Positions 1 to 14,671 of a stretch of DNA of 64,000 nucleotides are shown here, piece after piece (the first letter of the stretch is position 1; the number at the start of each line of letters is the position of its first letter). The stretch lies in NCBI GenBank assembly GCA_964057225.1, contig OZ059896.1, positions 10,974,001 to 11,038,000 on the forward strand. Reading direction: 5' to 3'. The notes below the pieces were generated by a model. It saw only the letters and a list, made by a program, of their open reading frames with translations. It did not search any database and was not told where the DNA came from. The translations under genes and the position numbers were made by a program. The DNA comes from Auanema rhodensis (lineage: Eukaryota > Animalia > Nematoda).

Positions 1-3000
1 GATTGATGGAAGCAATGTATTTATGTATAATTAGATCATCATTTTTAGCCTTTTTTCGTTTCCGAATGCAAGATGAAATAATTAAGTTTTTCAATTAAAA
101 TTATCTTGATTTTCTTTTTTTTTTCAAACTTTTGCAAGTCCCTATGTTTTTTTTCTAATTTTTGAAGAACAATCTCTGCTTAGTCATCTCTGTTAGGAAC
201 ATCAACAGCTCGTGTCCAGTGACTCGTGTTTCTCCGTCTTTCTGTCGATCACCTTCTATGTTCATCTAACTCTCGTACACTTTCTTATTCATATACATAC
301 AAGAGAGAGTCGCAAACTTAGGCTATTCCTACAAACTTCAAAAGCTCTTCTATATTCATTCTATTTCAAAACAATTTGATCTTGAAATCTAAATTTAATT
401 ATAGATATACTAAAATATATTAATCATAACATATAGTTATATATATATTAATTATAGAAATAGATTATTAGCTAATGTAAGCTTAATCGATAAAGTGAAA
501 ACTTCTTGAATTCAATTTGTTTTATTTGAAAGAAGATTTCGAATATAAAAAGAATATTTTTTTTATGATCCTCAAAGCTGTAAGAAGCCAATTTAGAACA
601 AAAGCATTTAAGATGATGACACTTTCCTCAATATAGCAAGGATAGCTATATAGACACACATTGTATATAGGGTTACAACACTTGTATTATTTATCTAATA
701 TGGTACTTTATGATTTTTTTTCTCTTTTCTCTCTTTCTATATCTCTCTCTTATTTTTATTTTCTCTTTTCATTTTTGATGTCCAAGTCTTCTTATTTAGT
801 TTACCAGCTTTGACTAGATAGCTGAAAATCATGTTCCGCTTGTAAAACCGCCTGCCAACCTTAAAAGTTCTGTGACTATGAATTTTCTTTGTTATTCCGG
901 AACAACCGGAATTCTATATACCGGCTTGCTCCGTTTCATGAGCCAGCAAAGATAGGCATCTATCGCGTCTTCGAACAGCGAAATCGGAAATACGTATGGA
1001 GCATTCGTTTCAGAATCTTCATCATAAGTCGTGAACAGGCTTCCCCCATTGTCTTCATTGCCAGAACATCTAGCTTTATGAAATACAATTCTAACACCTT
1101 TCATCATAGGTTCCAAAAATGCTTTTTGTTTGTTTACCTTTTGTTTCATATATTTGCTCAAATCATTTAGTATTCGTTGAATACATCACTAATCATATAT
1201 TAATTTTAATTATAAAATTATATTTAAATGACCAGCAAACTAACATATTTTACAAAACAAATCTTGTTAGGAGTATTTTCAATATTTCTATGTACCTTTA
1301 TGCAAAGATACAGAGATAATGATTGATTCTTTATTTCTTTACAAAGATAGTTTCACTAACTATTGAAAATGTTTATTTCAAATTAACATTGTTCAGCATC
1401 TACGTCTTCTTTCTAGTAGTTTTTTGTTACCAGCCTTAGAAAAAGGACGATGAAGGCAATGACGTTGACCGTAACGTGCGTTGACGAGTCACACTTAGAC
1501 TACAGATTCTAGTAGAATGACACTTGTAGAACAGATAGAACAAACCGTAGAGAGAGAGAGGTACCGAGAAGGTCAGTTAGGTGTCGAACTAATCCAATTG
1601 TTCGAATCGTTCGCGAAACAGCCTAAGCCTACAGAATTTGCACACCTTCTTGACTAGAGGGTAGGTACAGAAATATCTTTTTTCTCATGTTCTCTCGTAG
1701 TATGCTCTCTCTTCTCCGATTCCTTCATTTTCTTACGTTTACCCCCCCCCCCCCCTTCGTCTTAGTGGTCTTGAAAGGAAAATAAGCATTTCTTCTAGCA
1801 CCCCACCACGAAACACCTTTTCCCCCATGTTGCCTAGTTGTCTCGTCTGCTCGACCTTGTTCTTCATCTTTCAACTATCCGACCTCTTGTTCCATTCTCG
1901 TCGTTTTTTTAAGCTTTGAACAAAAATAAATTGTTTTTATCTGTAACACGTGCTTGTGGCTTAGATTAAAGAAGCATCGATCCTCTTATTTGAGAAATGT
2001 ATGCAAATAGCCAAACTATAATTTGAATTGAAAGAACTTTCATTGTTCAAGCTTTCAAACGTTCATGTTATAATGATAGCAGAATCAAAGTTATAGAAGC
2101 TTACGCTATATTTCTATAATCGTAAAAGATTTTATTTTAAGTTCAAAGAAATCTATTTCGAAGTTCATTAACATCTTTTTTCATAAGATATATACAACCA
2201 AAGTTGCTTTTAATTTGCGACATTTTCCTTAATTTTAATAGAATCAAAAACCTTGTCTTAGCATGTTTTCCTGTTCACATTCGTGACAAGATTTTGAAAA
2301 AAGCTTTAGAAAAAGCTGGTTTATTTTGCAAACATCTGAGAATTAACAAAATTTTTACAAGATTATTCATACTTTACCTAACTTATACAATCAACCACAT
2401 ATTTGAAATGATAATGATTCTATGATTCTATTAACTATAATACCAGCTTTGGATGTATGCAAGATGAATTGATCTTATCATCTTCTTTGTTTATCAATTG
2501 ATTCGAAGCTCAGATCTCATCAGTGTTTATTTGATTATCACAACTTGTCTCTTCGTTTGAAAAAAAAAAGACAAACGTGTTCGAAAATGATTTGAATTGA
2601 AACGAGAAAGATATCTTAATACATACATAAAAGTATATTATGCATATGAAGGTTAACATCTTTATATCGTAAAGTTCAATTCAGTTATATGGTGTTCGAA
2701 TAGATTTTCGTATAAACTATATCCTAAATATTCTTTATATGCATTTATATATGTTAATATCTAATATAAATTCATTTATTTAATTTTTTTAATATTTATA
2801 ATTGCTATTTATTAAATTAATTAAATTATAAATTATATAATATCAATTATATTTTCCAACTTATTCGTCAATTAATTAAATTAATTATATTACGAATAAG
2901 TATTATTTAAGTTGTTTTGATTTGAATTAGTACATTAAGATGAACTACATATTATATACTATTCATGGAAGGTGGTTTAGACTCGTGTTCAGATTACAGT

Positions 3001-6000
3001 AATCCATCCCATTTTTCTATCTCGTTTTCAATTTCGTTTTTTCTGTATTTTTCTAACACATATTTTCTCTTCCTCTTTGAACTTTTTGTATTTCATCAAA
3101 AGTAATCATGATATTTATTAAAAATTAAGAAAATTAGTATTATATTTCATGTATTACATATAAATTTAAATATTTTTTTATAAATTTAAATATTATTTCA
3201 ATAAATAATATTTTTTTAAAAAACTTTAATTGATAACTTGCGTCATAATAATATTATTTTTAAAATTATATGTATGTTATATATATTCTTCAAGTCATTA
3301 AATTATCTTTCTTTGCAATCTGTCAATCATTTCACTCTTTTGCGTCTAGTTTTAGAAAATACAACGTTCAACGTCTTTAGACATTGAACATAGGTCTGTA
3401 ACATGTACATACATACATGTTCATATGTATGTATATACACATACACACGTATATGTATATCTTTTTTTGATTTAATTGAATTTTCAGTCATTAATCTTGA
3501 TTATGTTTCTTTTTGTTTTGCTTTTTTCATATCTAATGATCTTCTCTCATCTCATTCCTCTGCTTTTATCATTGATTATCTATTTGTTGCTAATTAATTT
3601 ATCAAATAAGCTTTTTTCCTTCCTAATAATGTCAGGGTCGTAAGTAAAATACTGTATTCCTTAGATCCTAGGTTAGGAAATAGTGACTTCTAGAAAAAGT
3701 GCCATAAACAGCTATTGACCTCGCACATCTTACTGAATATGGACTAAAAAACTGAATACTAGCAGTTATCGCAAGTTTCTTTCATATAAACAGCTAAACT
3801 TTGACAGTAATACTTTTAAATTTCATATAATTCTCATAAAACTATGTTGACTATGATGTTTCTCTCTCGCCAACCCCCCCCCCCCCGTCATTTTCTTCTC
3901 CTTTTTTTTTGTTCAACTTATTTTATTAAAGCATTTAATATCAAATCTATATATTATATCTTACAATCATTTTTTGATCTATATCGGAAACTTGTAATAT
4001 ACATATTCTGAAAAAAAAATAATAAAGACCAAACTACTACCACAAACAACTTTTTTGAATCAAAATGTTCTTTCTATTGATATAACTTAATGTTCAATGT
4101 ATATTATCTATTCATACTATTATTATTTTTCTATTGAAAAATCATCATCTAATCTATTTTATTTAGTACATTAGAAGCTGTTTTTGCTGTGAAATATTCT
4201 TTAGTAAAAACTTTTTTTTTGAAATATGGTATACAGTACTATTTATAAGAAATATCAAGCAATTCCATTTCCAAAGTAGTTCAATCAATTTTTAAGTTTA
4301 TTTACCTATTAAACAATAAAATATTTTGTATATTTTCCTCTAATATTACGAAAAATATATAATTTGCATGATTCGTAACATGAAAATCTATCAAAATGTT
4401 CCATCTCATAACTTTCTGTAATGTGTTCTATAAGGTAAAATTCTTTATTTATTGCCATCCCTTTTATTCAAAAAAACGTTTATTTGCCTCTTTTAGTCAC
4501 CAAAAAGGTTCTTAATAAAATTATTTATTTCACTTCTTCAATTAATCGTGACCTCTTCGAATTTTCCAAAAGAGAAAAATCTGATAGGATTTCATACTTG
4601 AGCATGTGTCGAGGCCTAATTTCTTGAATGTTATTCATATTCTCCTGTTATGTTCTTCTTTAATCTGAATTTGGGACAATTGTCTAGTTCTTTTTGCTTT
4701 TCAATAATATGAGAAAACAAACATGATATATCTAATAATAATTATAATTATAATAAATACAAACTAATAGTACATTGATCAATTATTTTCTCAAAAATTA
4801 AGTTTAAATTGTCTATTTATTTGTATTCACAGCTTAAAAAAATTAAGAACACTAGCTGTCCGAATAAATTAGTGATTTCAATTCAAAATGATTTCCTATT
4901 TCTATTTCTTTTCTTCTTTTCTTTTGTTTTACCTGCCTTTTACAAATCAATAGATATTTCTTTTTAGCGAAAAAAAAAAGTTTATTTGATATGACTATGA
5001 AGATGTATGTACGTATTTGTAAAGAATCAAGAATTCATCATGAACTTCCTTTAAATATCTTTTAATCATTTTTGATTTCTTAATAATTATATTTATTATA
5101 CTTTTAATGATCCAAATTTACTTATATTTACTATATAATTACTATAAACACTACTTAAGATATTAAGAATATTGTCCTTATAGGTTATGTTGTAATTTGT
5201 AGATTTTCTTTCAAAGTAATTAAATCAATTACAACTTTTTTTTTCTTTAATGAAAAAAATTTAAATAAAATATCTCGTTTGTTAAAAATATCCCTTTAAA
5301 AGGATAGTAAAAAAGGATAATATACCGACTAGCGATTAGGTGACCTTCGTTATAGCAACGATAAGTTGATTTGATCACAATCTTCTTAACCTCTTTGAAC
5401 ATTTAGTTCAAATTTTAGTTGCAAATATATTTCCTTTTTTCTGAGTTAAATGTCTCAATTTTTATATAAAAAATTGTCTGTAAACGAAGATTAAAAAACA
5501 TCCAAGTAAAGAAGTCGAACTAGTCGCTAATACCGGCTTATGCTTTATCTGAAAAAAAAAGGAATAAAGAAAACTAGTCATGCGAAGCAAGTTCAGAAAG
5601 AGTTTCAATTTTACATATTTTTCTTTTATTTATATTCAAAATATAAAGATATTGTTGATCGTCTCTGTAACCTTTTTCATATCGATCACCTTCTATTTCA
5701 GAGATTTTATAATTGAAAATCCAAAAAATAAATTTTATTGCAGAAATCGTATAACCAGTATTCTTGAAAAGACATACATTGACATAACATCATCAGATTG
5801 ATGTTCTTATCATTCAGTTTAACAGACATCAACGTCTCCTTTCTGATTTATCACTAGTTTCCAGCAATTCTCTATAATCTACAATGAACTTTTATATTCT
5901 TTTTTTGGAAATCCATCTATAATAAAGCTTATCAAAACCATTTTTATAAGTTTTATAAAAACTTATTTAACTAATATTATTATATTCTATATTTACTATA

Positions 6001-6547
6001 TTTTGAATATTTCACATAACTAATGTTTTCTTATTCTCTATATCCAGATTTGAACTAAACGAATGTTTCAGATTATTAGTTTATCTAGATTTATATTATA
6101 AATTTGCTTTTTTTTTGTTTTGGTCATTTGTTTTGCTGAAATTTCTATTAAATACAACAATCTTCGAACAATCTATTCTTTGTTATATTTCTGATATGTA
6201 ACTGTGGTCACAATTGCCCTGTCAAATCATATAAATGTCATTTAAAGTCTGCCATTCACTTCTTCTGTTTTAACTATATTCACATAACTTTTTATTGAAA
6301 ATATCTTTTGATTAGCTGACTTCATTAAAAAAATTGATTCTGATTCTTTTGATATTATTAATGAAGTGAAATACTGTTTATTTTGAAATATATAATTTTT
6401 ATGAAACATACAAATTTATGCTTTTAAAATTTAATCGAACGTTTATGAAATAAAGAAGAAGATCAAACTATTCTACATTTCATTTTTTTCAGTTTTCGTG
6501 ATGATATCATAGCGATGATAATGATGATTTTAAGAATAAAGAAAGAA

Positions 6548-6551
<4 letters not shown>

Positions 6552-6607
<56 letters not shown>

Positions 6608-6614
6608 AGAGAGA
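6552..6614. repeat. (GA)n microsatellite
   Basis: About 20 perfect AG units plus an imperfect tail. Confidence 0.95.
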
Positions 6615-7839
6615 AAGTCGAATGTTCTACCTGGTTGTTTAGCTTGAACATCTGGTTTCTTTATCTAGTTTCTCTTCCTCCTTAATTAACTATTTTTTCT
6701 ATCTCTCACCTTTGGGTTTCTCCTTGAAATTCAGATAAATGGTTTTTCTTTTAACCGAAAACATTATGAGATAAAGATAATATATCAAATATCATTTCAT
6801 CTCACAAACATTACTTTTCGTTTTTATATTTTTATAAAAATTAAAAATATAAAAGAAAATATTTACAAATGAATGATATAGAACCAAAAAGTAACTGTAA
6901 TTTAATTTATAAAACATACAGGTATCTATGTCAATTTGCAACTTATCATAAAGCAAATCATGTTTTTAAAGTTTTTAATTTGAAACACAATCATAAATTA
7001 TGTGAATAATGTTAAAAAACATGATTTTCTTTGTTATATATTATAGATAATAGCTTAATAATCATTATTACCATTGATTAAATTCTTTAAATCATTTATT
7101 CAATTCTATTAAAAGTAAATTTGTGCTAATTTGTTAATTCTTTACAAGATCTTCTTTTATGAATTGAACGGCCATGACATCTTAGATAATCCTGAACTTA
7201 AATACAATTTATAAACGGAAATTAATCACAACAACATAGAATGAGTGTTTTTTTCTGAAAATCAGGAAAAATGCTTGATGCGTTATCAATCATAGCCACC
7301 ATCTTAGGCCTTTTATTCACAACACAAAATCCAGCTTCTTTATTCTCATATACAACTTCCTAATCTTCATTTTTCATATTTCTATGATCTTTTAATTTTT
7401 ATTTTTCATAATTCCGGACTCAATTTCTATTTTGCTTTCGCTATCATTCAAATCTTCCCTTTCTCTCCGAAAACGTGTGACCGTTTTTGGTTAAAATGGT
7501 TACAGATACCTTTTTTTCTCCAAAAATTATTAATCTAATATTAACAGTTTTATCATCTTTTTCTTATATTTATTATTATTATTACTTTTTAATTTAACAT
7601 AGTATATCCTCTAAAATAAAATTCAAATTTTCTAACACCAATTTCTCTGAATATATCTCATGCTGGTTTCACTATCAGCTTATTCGATCCGCTTTCGAGA
7701 ATCTAACAGACAAAGATTTTGACCTAGTTGTTCAGTTTTCTAGTTCTTTGTCTCTCAGCCGTTTTATTCAAACTCAATTGATTTATTAAAAAAATCAATT
7801 AAGAATAATAAAATTTTTTTACTTCAGTTCAATGTCGTC

Positions 7840-10800
7840 ATGAGAAGATTTAAGCTGTTGTTACCCATTTTGGGTTGTGTCCTTTTAACATCAAAAACAG
7901 TTAATTCTGCCAACTCATCTTCACTGTGCTCTGTTTTCGACCCTTTTCGAGTTTTACCAGATAATAATAAGGTAAGATATTCATATATTATACATTTATT
8001 TCAATTAATTATTTAATTTTTTTCGAATTTTTAGTTTCAAATTGGAGGTTCCTTTCCTTTGCATGAGGATGATTGCCAGCAATTAAGGCCAGATACGGTC
8101 CAAGAAATTGTTGCAATTCAATGGGCATTAACACACTGGAATCAGAATCCAGCTAATTTCGATGCAAAGCTAGGTTAGAAATTTAAAATTACATTCCCGT
8201 TCACATACATCTTAATCTCTATAGGTCTGTATGCTGGTGATACTTGTTCTAGATCACGAGAATCACTATCACAATCTCTTCGGTTTCTTGACTCCGTAGG
8301 ATATCATGAACCAAAAGAATGTCGCTCAGAGCTTCCTGGAGCCAAACTCTTAGGTGAATACATCTAAGAAATCTCGAGAGCATATAAAAATATATTTTAG
8401 GTATTATTGCACCTAAAGATTATGCTTCATCGTTAAGCCTTGGAACATTGCTTACTGTTTCTGAAGTTCCAGTAATGGCATACTCAAGTGAATCAGTTAA
8501 TGCTTTAGTTGAGCTTGAAGCTCAGAATCTTGTGGCTACAACGCCAACTATTGGAGTATATGTAGAAGCCTTAGTCAGGTAAATTAAGGTAAAGAAAAGT
8601 TTTCTCATAAAATTTCAAATATAGATTAATGGGAGCATTGAGATCTAATTTAGTTACAGTTGTTGATGATGGAACTAATTCTGAAGTTGTAAAACGGTAC
8701 ATACTAAAATTTATAAATAATCTTATAAAATTTAAAAATATTTTCAGAATTGTTGTTCAACTAAGATCTAGCGATATTTATGTTGCTGAAGTAATTCCAA
8801 TGGATCATCCTCACTTACCACAAGCATTAGAGGATAGTGATAGTGATATTGTTGTTTCAGCTTTAACTAAGAAACAAGTGAGATTAACAGATTTTTTTTA
8901 AAAATCTGAAAATACTTATTAAAATATTTCAGTTATTCAATGTGGTTGGAAGAAAAGTAATTTATGACCTTGAAAAGCTTTGGGTATCTATACCTCTGGA
9001 GGGTGAAGCATTGGATGAAATTGAACAAAAAACTATTCTTCGACCTAACGCGAAGCTTGAAGTAATTTTAAAACATTGAAAATAAAAATTATAAACTTAT
9101 TGCAGCTTATATCTTTACAACCACGATTCAAGGAATTACCACAATTCCGAGATTACTTTGTACGCGTCTTGAAGAACAATTTCCAAAGTTATCAACTATT
9201 GACTACTTTTGTTCAACAAGTACTTCAATTAATATATAATTAATTATAATTATAATTATTAATTTAGGTTTATAATTGTACAGAAGATACATGTAATTTG
9301 GAAAAAGAGAAAATGATTCAAAAATATGTTCAATCTAGAACTACAGAGTCTGTTATTCGAATGACTTATGCTTTTGCTGCAATTGGTAAAATAATTGGTA
9401 GTGATGCTTCAAAAGAACGTATATGGTATAAATTTTCTATATCTTAAATCTTTAAAACACTTGATTGTAGCTCTCATCCATCGCCAGAATGTACGGATCT
9501 TATAATGGACGAATTAGAAAAACTCGATTATGAATTTGGAATCAATGATCCTTCGGAATTAGCCGGAGAACGTTTACGATTCTATAGAGGTTCTTTCATT
9601 CCGATACAAATACTTAACTAATTATTATATAATGATATAGGTAGAGAACAAGCATTGCTTGCATATGGCATGACTATTGATGCAATTGAAATATATGCTG
9701 GAACTGATGGAAAAGCTAACGTATATCAGCTTTTAACATATACTACTGGTGCTCAACCAACTGTAGTTGTATCAAGTATACGACCAGCTGATCAAAGGTA
9801 ACAGATCTTTTTCAAATTATTGAAGTAATTTCAATAAATTCATTTAATTAGGTTGCGATCAATCTGTAGTCCTTATCGTCCATTCTGTGGTCAATGCCCA
9901 TCCGTTCAAACTGTTAACAGTAATGTAAGCATTTATATTTTTTATTTTTTTAAAGAAATAATCATATTTCAGAGACATTATTTATCCATTCCTAAGCATT
10001 ATCCACTTTATTTATTTGGACTTTTTGATTTACATTCTGGAAGTACATGTTCAAGCATGGCTAACACTGATATCTCATTGCCAATGGCTTTTATCCATAC
10101 TGTATGGACTTTCAAACAACGATTCCCTCAACTTGGATTACTCAAAAATCTTGATTTTGGAGCTCTCCTAGTAGATTCATGCACATCTGGACGTAAAGCC
10201 ATTGAATCAGTAGTACGTGCTGAATCTCAATGTTTCCGTTTCAATCAAGCCGGGCGTAATATAACCATCGTACCAGGATCTATTTCTGGTAACGTTATAA
10301 CTGTAATACGAATAATTAAGTATGAAATTCAGGATATATATCTGGTCTTGGGGGTGAATCTGAACAAGCTCTTCTTGGCTTTTTCTCTTCCACCGAAACT
10401 CAAGTTCCCTTTGTGTCAGTATCAGCAGAGCCAACAGACGATCACCGAATCTTTACATCAACACCTTCTGGACGAAGTCAAGCTATTGCTTTATTACGTT
10501 TGTTGAATAGAATGCAATGGCAGTTTGTAACTGTAGCTCTTTCTGAGCAGGTAATATTCAAGTCAAAATTTATAATTAGCGTTTGGTATTCTAGGATCCT
10601 GAATCTTTGGCAGCTTTCCGTCATTTCGAGCGTCTTGCTTTAGATAGAGGTGTGTGCTTGGCTGAAGTTCTGAACATCGGAGGCTCAAGAGTTGACAACT
10701 TGCCAATATCAACTAATACCAACGTTACTGTGGTATGTGCTAACATACAGTTATTCATGAATCTTATCTAAACCATATTATCATTAGGTCTTTGCCACAG

Positions 10801-13265
10801 CAAGAGATGCTGCTGCTTATTTGTCTCTTACTCTTCGTTCATCTCATCGCTCAGTACATGTTATGATGGGTGATGCTCATGATTGGTACCTCTATGATGA
10901 CATTAACCGAGAAGCATTTTTGGGAACTTTATCTGTACAACCTAAGGTGAGATAATCAGAGTTAAAGGACATATTTAAAACAAATTTCTCTAGGATATTC
11001 TTTACGGAGATTTCCGAGAATGGCTTGAAACAACTACTCCACTTACATTACCTGAAATGTGGTTCTGGGACTTTATTGAAGAAAAATGGCAATGTGCTTT
11101 AACTCAGAAAAGTAAAGTAGTATATGGCCGTATGTGTACAGGAGATGAAGTTTTGAATGTAAATCGTTTGGGTTCGTTACATATAAGAATATTTACTAAT
11201 TATGTTCATTTAAGGTAGAATGACAAAGTCTGGGTACTTAGCACGTGGAATTGAACGTTTCCTTTTCGCTATGGATGCCGTATACAAGAAGCTTTGCCCT
11301 CAACAACAAGGAGTTTGTCTTGATTTCTTCGAGAATGGACGTCGTCAGACTTTGGATCTTCTGATGAAAACAACGATTGAAGATGATATTGAGATCTATG
11401 AATATCTTCCACATGATAAGCCAGGTAAACGAAATCAAATGTTTAAAATATTTTTGATTAAAATAATTACAGGAGAATTCTCTTATGTTTCTCTTGGTAA
11501 TTGGACGTTAACATCTGGTCTTCGTATGAAAGCTGTGTATCAGTCGTATCCAGTTGATCAGCCAACACCTGTTTCACACTGCCATCCACCAATGTGCAAA
11601 TGCTTCTTAGATGGAGATTTTCTTCAGGTACCCTACTTTTGCATCATTTGTTTATAATCAGAATATTACAGAGACCTCTCGATAATTTCGTTTCATCAGA
11701 AGAACCATACGAACGACTTGGAAGCGGCTCATATGTACGAAAACAGCCTGCATTTGGAAGTGAATCTTCAGTAGCCTACACCTCCGTAAGCACAGAGAAA
11801 ATAATATTTTAATACAAAATATAAAAAATTCTAGGTTTTCGAACATTTATCATCTGGAGAATGGCGTAATTATCCACACAACTTCATCATGTTGGCTGTT
11901 GTTACAGCTATGTCCATCGTAACTGTAGCTGTCCTAGTGTTGGGTAAGATACTGGAAACGTCTATGTATATATACATCTAAAAATTCAGTACTTATCAAG
12001 CTGTACCTGAGAGTAGTTAAAGGAAATCAATCTCTTGGAATATCTCTTTTGGTTGGAATTCTATTACTCTACATTACGGCTTACTTCTTCATATTTGATC
12101 CCACAGATATGGTTAGTTTAGCATGGCTTTTAAGCATCAAACCGATAATTCTTATAGGTTTGCCGTCTACGAGTTATTCTTCACGGAATAGGATATACTA
12201 TTTGCTTTGGAGTTATGATTGCAAAGGCAACCCAGCTTCGAAATGCTGAAACCTTAGGATTTGGTACAACAGTTCATATTAGTTTCTGGAATTATTGGCT
12301 ACTTCTGTTCTTCATTATTGGAGTTCAAATAGCTCTAAGTACCAGGTACTAGATTTAAAAAATTTTCAACCATGATAATGAATTTGAAGATGGATGGCTG
12401 AGCCTTTCATGTCCACCATTGCTGGGCTTGGAGATCGTCAACGAATGCAATGTAGTTTGAGTGATGAAGAATTTGTTCTCTCAAACATTTACGTTATTAT
12501 TCTTCTATTCTTGGCACTTTTCTTGAATAGTCGTAATCGTAACATTAAGAGAAACTACAAAGAAACCAAATGGCTTTTTGTTTCTTCTATTATTTGTATT
12601 ATTGTATGGAGTGTGTGGATTGTAAGCTATTTCGTAGCTCCATTCGAATACAAACAGCTAACAGTTATTTGCCAACTTCTCTGTTGCGCTACAGTGCTTT
12701 TGGGATTCCTTTTTGGACCAAAGATCTACATCCTACTTAGCTACGAGCCAGTAGTTGTTGAATATAAACCAGAAAATATTCAAAACATCAATGGAATGAA
12801 TCTTTTTGAAAAGGGTATGTGGAATATATTTATAATAAAATATAATTAACTATATTACTGTATTATAGATGAAGATGTTTATTCGCAACGAGCAGTTAGC
12901 CCTGCAAGTAGTACTGACTCCAGTCAACGAAGCGGTGGAGGAAGTGTTACAGGTCGTCAGACTACACCCTCCACAGCTTCTACATTCAGTGATGATCAAG
13001 TAATATCTGATATATCTTAAGCATTAATCCATAATTGCCCTTTCAGTCACCCATCTTCCATACGGTGATGCGTAAGAAGGCTAAAGTAAGACGATCACAA
13101 AGTGAACATGAGTTACAACATAATCAGGTTTTCAAATCCATTGACTAAATATTGTTACTTACATAACATATTCAGATGCGAGTATTATCTGGAGTTCCAG
13201 TAATACGCAGTGTATCATCAAAGAAAGATGCTATGCATTCACCACCATACAATAATCGCTACTAA
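7840..13265 (+). CDS. Class C (metabotropic glutamate receptor-like) orphan GPCR, ~27 exons, roughly 1400 aa, with two tandem Venus-flytrap (ANF-receptor-like) domains plus 7TM
   Basis: Manual splicing gives a continuous frame. Signal peptide MRRFKLLLPILGCVLL. VFT1 has FQIGGSFPLH and GLYAGDTCS. VFT2 has LFGLFDLHSGSTC, GALLVDSC, MQWQFV and WFWDFIEEKWQC. The 7TM region has VVKGNQSLG and the class C ICL3-type RNRNIKRNYKETKW and FGPKIYIL. Stop TAA at 13263-13265. An acttcag acceptor lies just upstream of the ATG. Confidence 0.92.
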
Positions 13266-14671
13266 GCAAGTTCGGGTCCTGTTTGGCGCGGTATAGCATC
13301 AATGTGACACCACTTAGCCCAATATGTATATATCGAAAAGCATACCGTCGTGGAATAATTGAATCTTAAGAATAGCTGTGGAATTAATTAAATTATATTT
13401 TATTTATTCTACTTCTTTTTCTAAAAACATACATTTGAACTATATCTTGATATTTTTTTTTACGAAAATTAATGTTCCAGAAAACATGTCACTATTAATA
13501 TAATTGAGACATCAATTCAAATTTGCTCATATAAAATCTGAAATCTTATAAATTTGTTATTGTATTATCATTTTCATTGTCATATACCTCGGTCATATTA
13601 TATATTTGTTCTAAACTTACTCTATAAGAGTTCTTTTTTCCGAATTGTATAGCTCATGTCATGTTGCCTTCACGAACAACTGTAATATATTAATTATATT
13701 TTCAAAATGAAAAATAGTATTTTTCCATGTTTTGCTTTCAAATTTAATGGAAATCATCACAAAAGAAATTATATTTTACTATTATGTACAATATTCAGCC
13801 AGTATGGTGTTGTGTTACACAAAACCAACTTTTAGCAAGAATTTTATTATAAAATTGTCAAATTTTACAAGGAAAGGTAATAAAATAAATATAAATATAA
13901 ACACTACGCTAAAGATCAGTATAATGTAAAACGATATACTATGGGTAAACAGAACGTACAACTGTGATAACTAATCGTGTCTCAAAACTAAAACTATTGC
14001 CGTATGGGATGAAGACAACCACTTATACAGTTCTATGCGATGAAAGTCGGACGACCCTTTCTTTAGAGGCCCCAGAAAGCTTTTTTTCGCGAAAGAAGAA
14101 GACTTCAAGCAGTTTATGAAAATTTCGGAGACTCTCAGAAAACACTTTTAAACATGATTTTTTGAATTTTAAAATTTCTTTTTTAACACTCAAAATATAT
14201 TTTTTCTAAATTTTTGTAGTTTGTATGAGAAGATATGAGGTATTCTAAAGAGTGTCCCACTGTATTTATCTAAGGAGCGGACACAATGATCAATGGCAGC
14301 TTGTCAAGTAACAGTGATACTATAATAGAATATAACAATAGTTGTTTCTTGATTACATTAAAACTTCACGTTTTCCATTTTGTTTAAATTAAAGTACATC
14401 GAAAGTTCTATAGACATTTTGATGAAAACTTTTTATTTAAAGAAAGTTTGGAAATAAATAAAACATGAGTATCGTTTTACTCGTTGATAGACTAGAAAGC
14501 ATTATTGACATACAAATTATACTTAAAATTAATTTTATATACATATGATTATAATACAGTAAGCAAGAATTGGCAAATCTTGATACGTGAAAATGATTGC
14601 ATTTTTGCTCAGATCGACGTTTTGTATCAGTAATTTCGAGCTTGTTGAGATTCTTCAATGAATTTTAACTT

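Noticed and set aside
1550-1635. tRNA-like GTTCGAATC motif and GCCTAAGCCTA telomere-like dimer
   Set aside because: The T-stem and acceptor stem do not pair, and two telomeric units are too few to mean anything.
1742-3886. Poly-C tracts (C14 at 1742-1755, C13 at 3874-3886; also G10 at 43611) as G-quadruplex sites
   Set aside because: They are shorter than the 15 G needed for an intramolecular three-tier G4.
14025-14265. Possible MITE between the GPCR and ric-8 3' ends (TACAGTT... and ...CCCACTGTA ends)
   Set aside because: The ends match only over TACAGT, so there is no real TIR pair.
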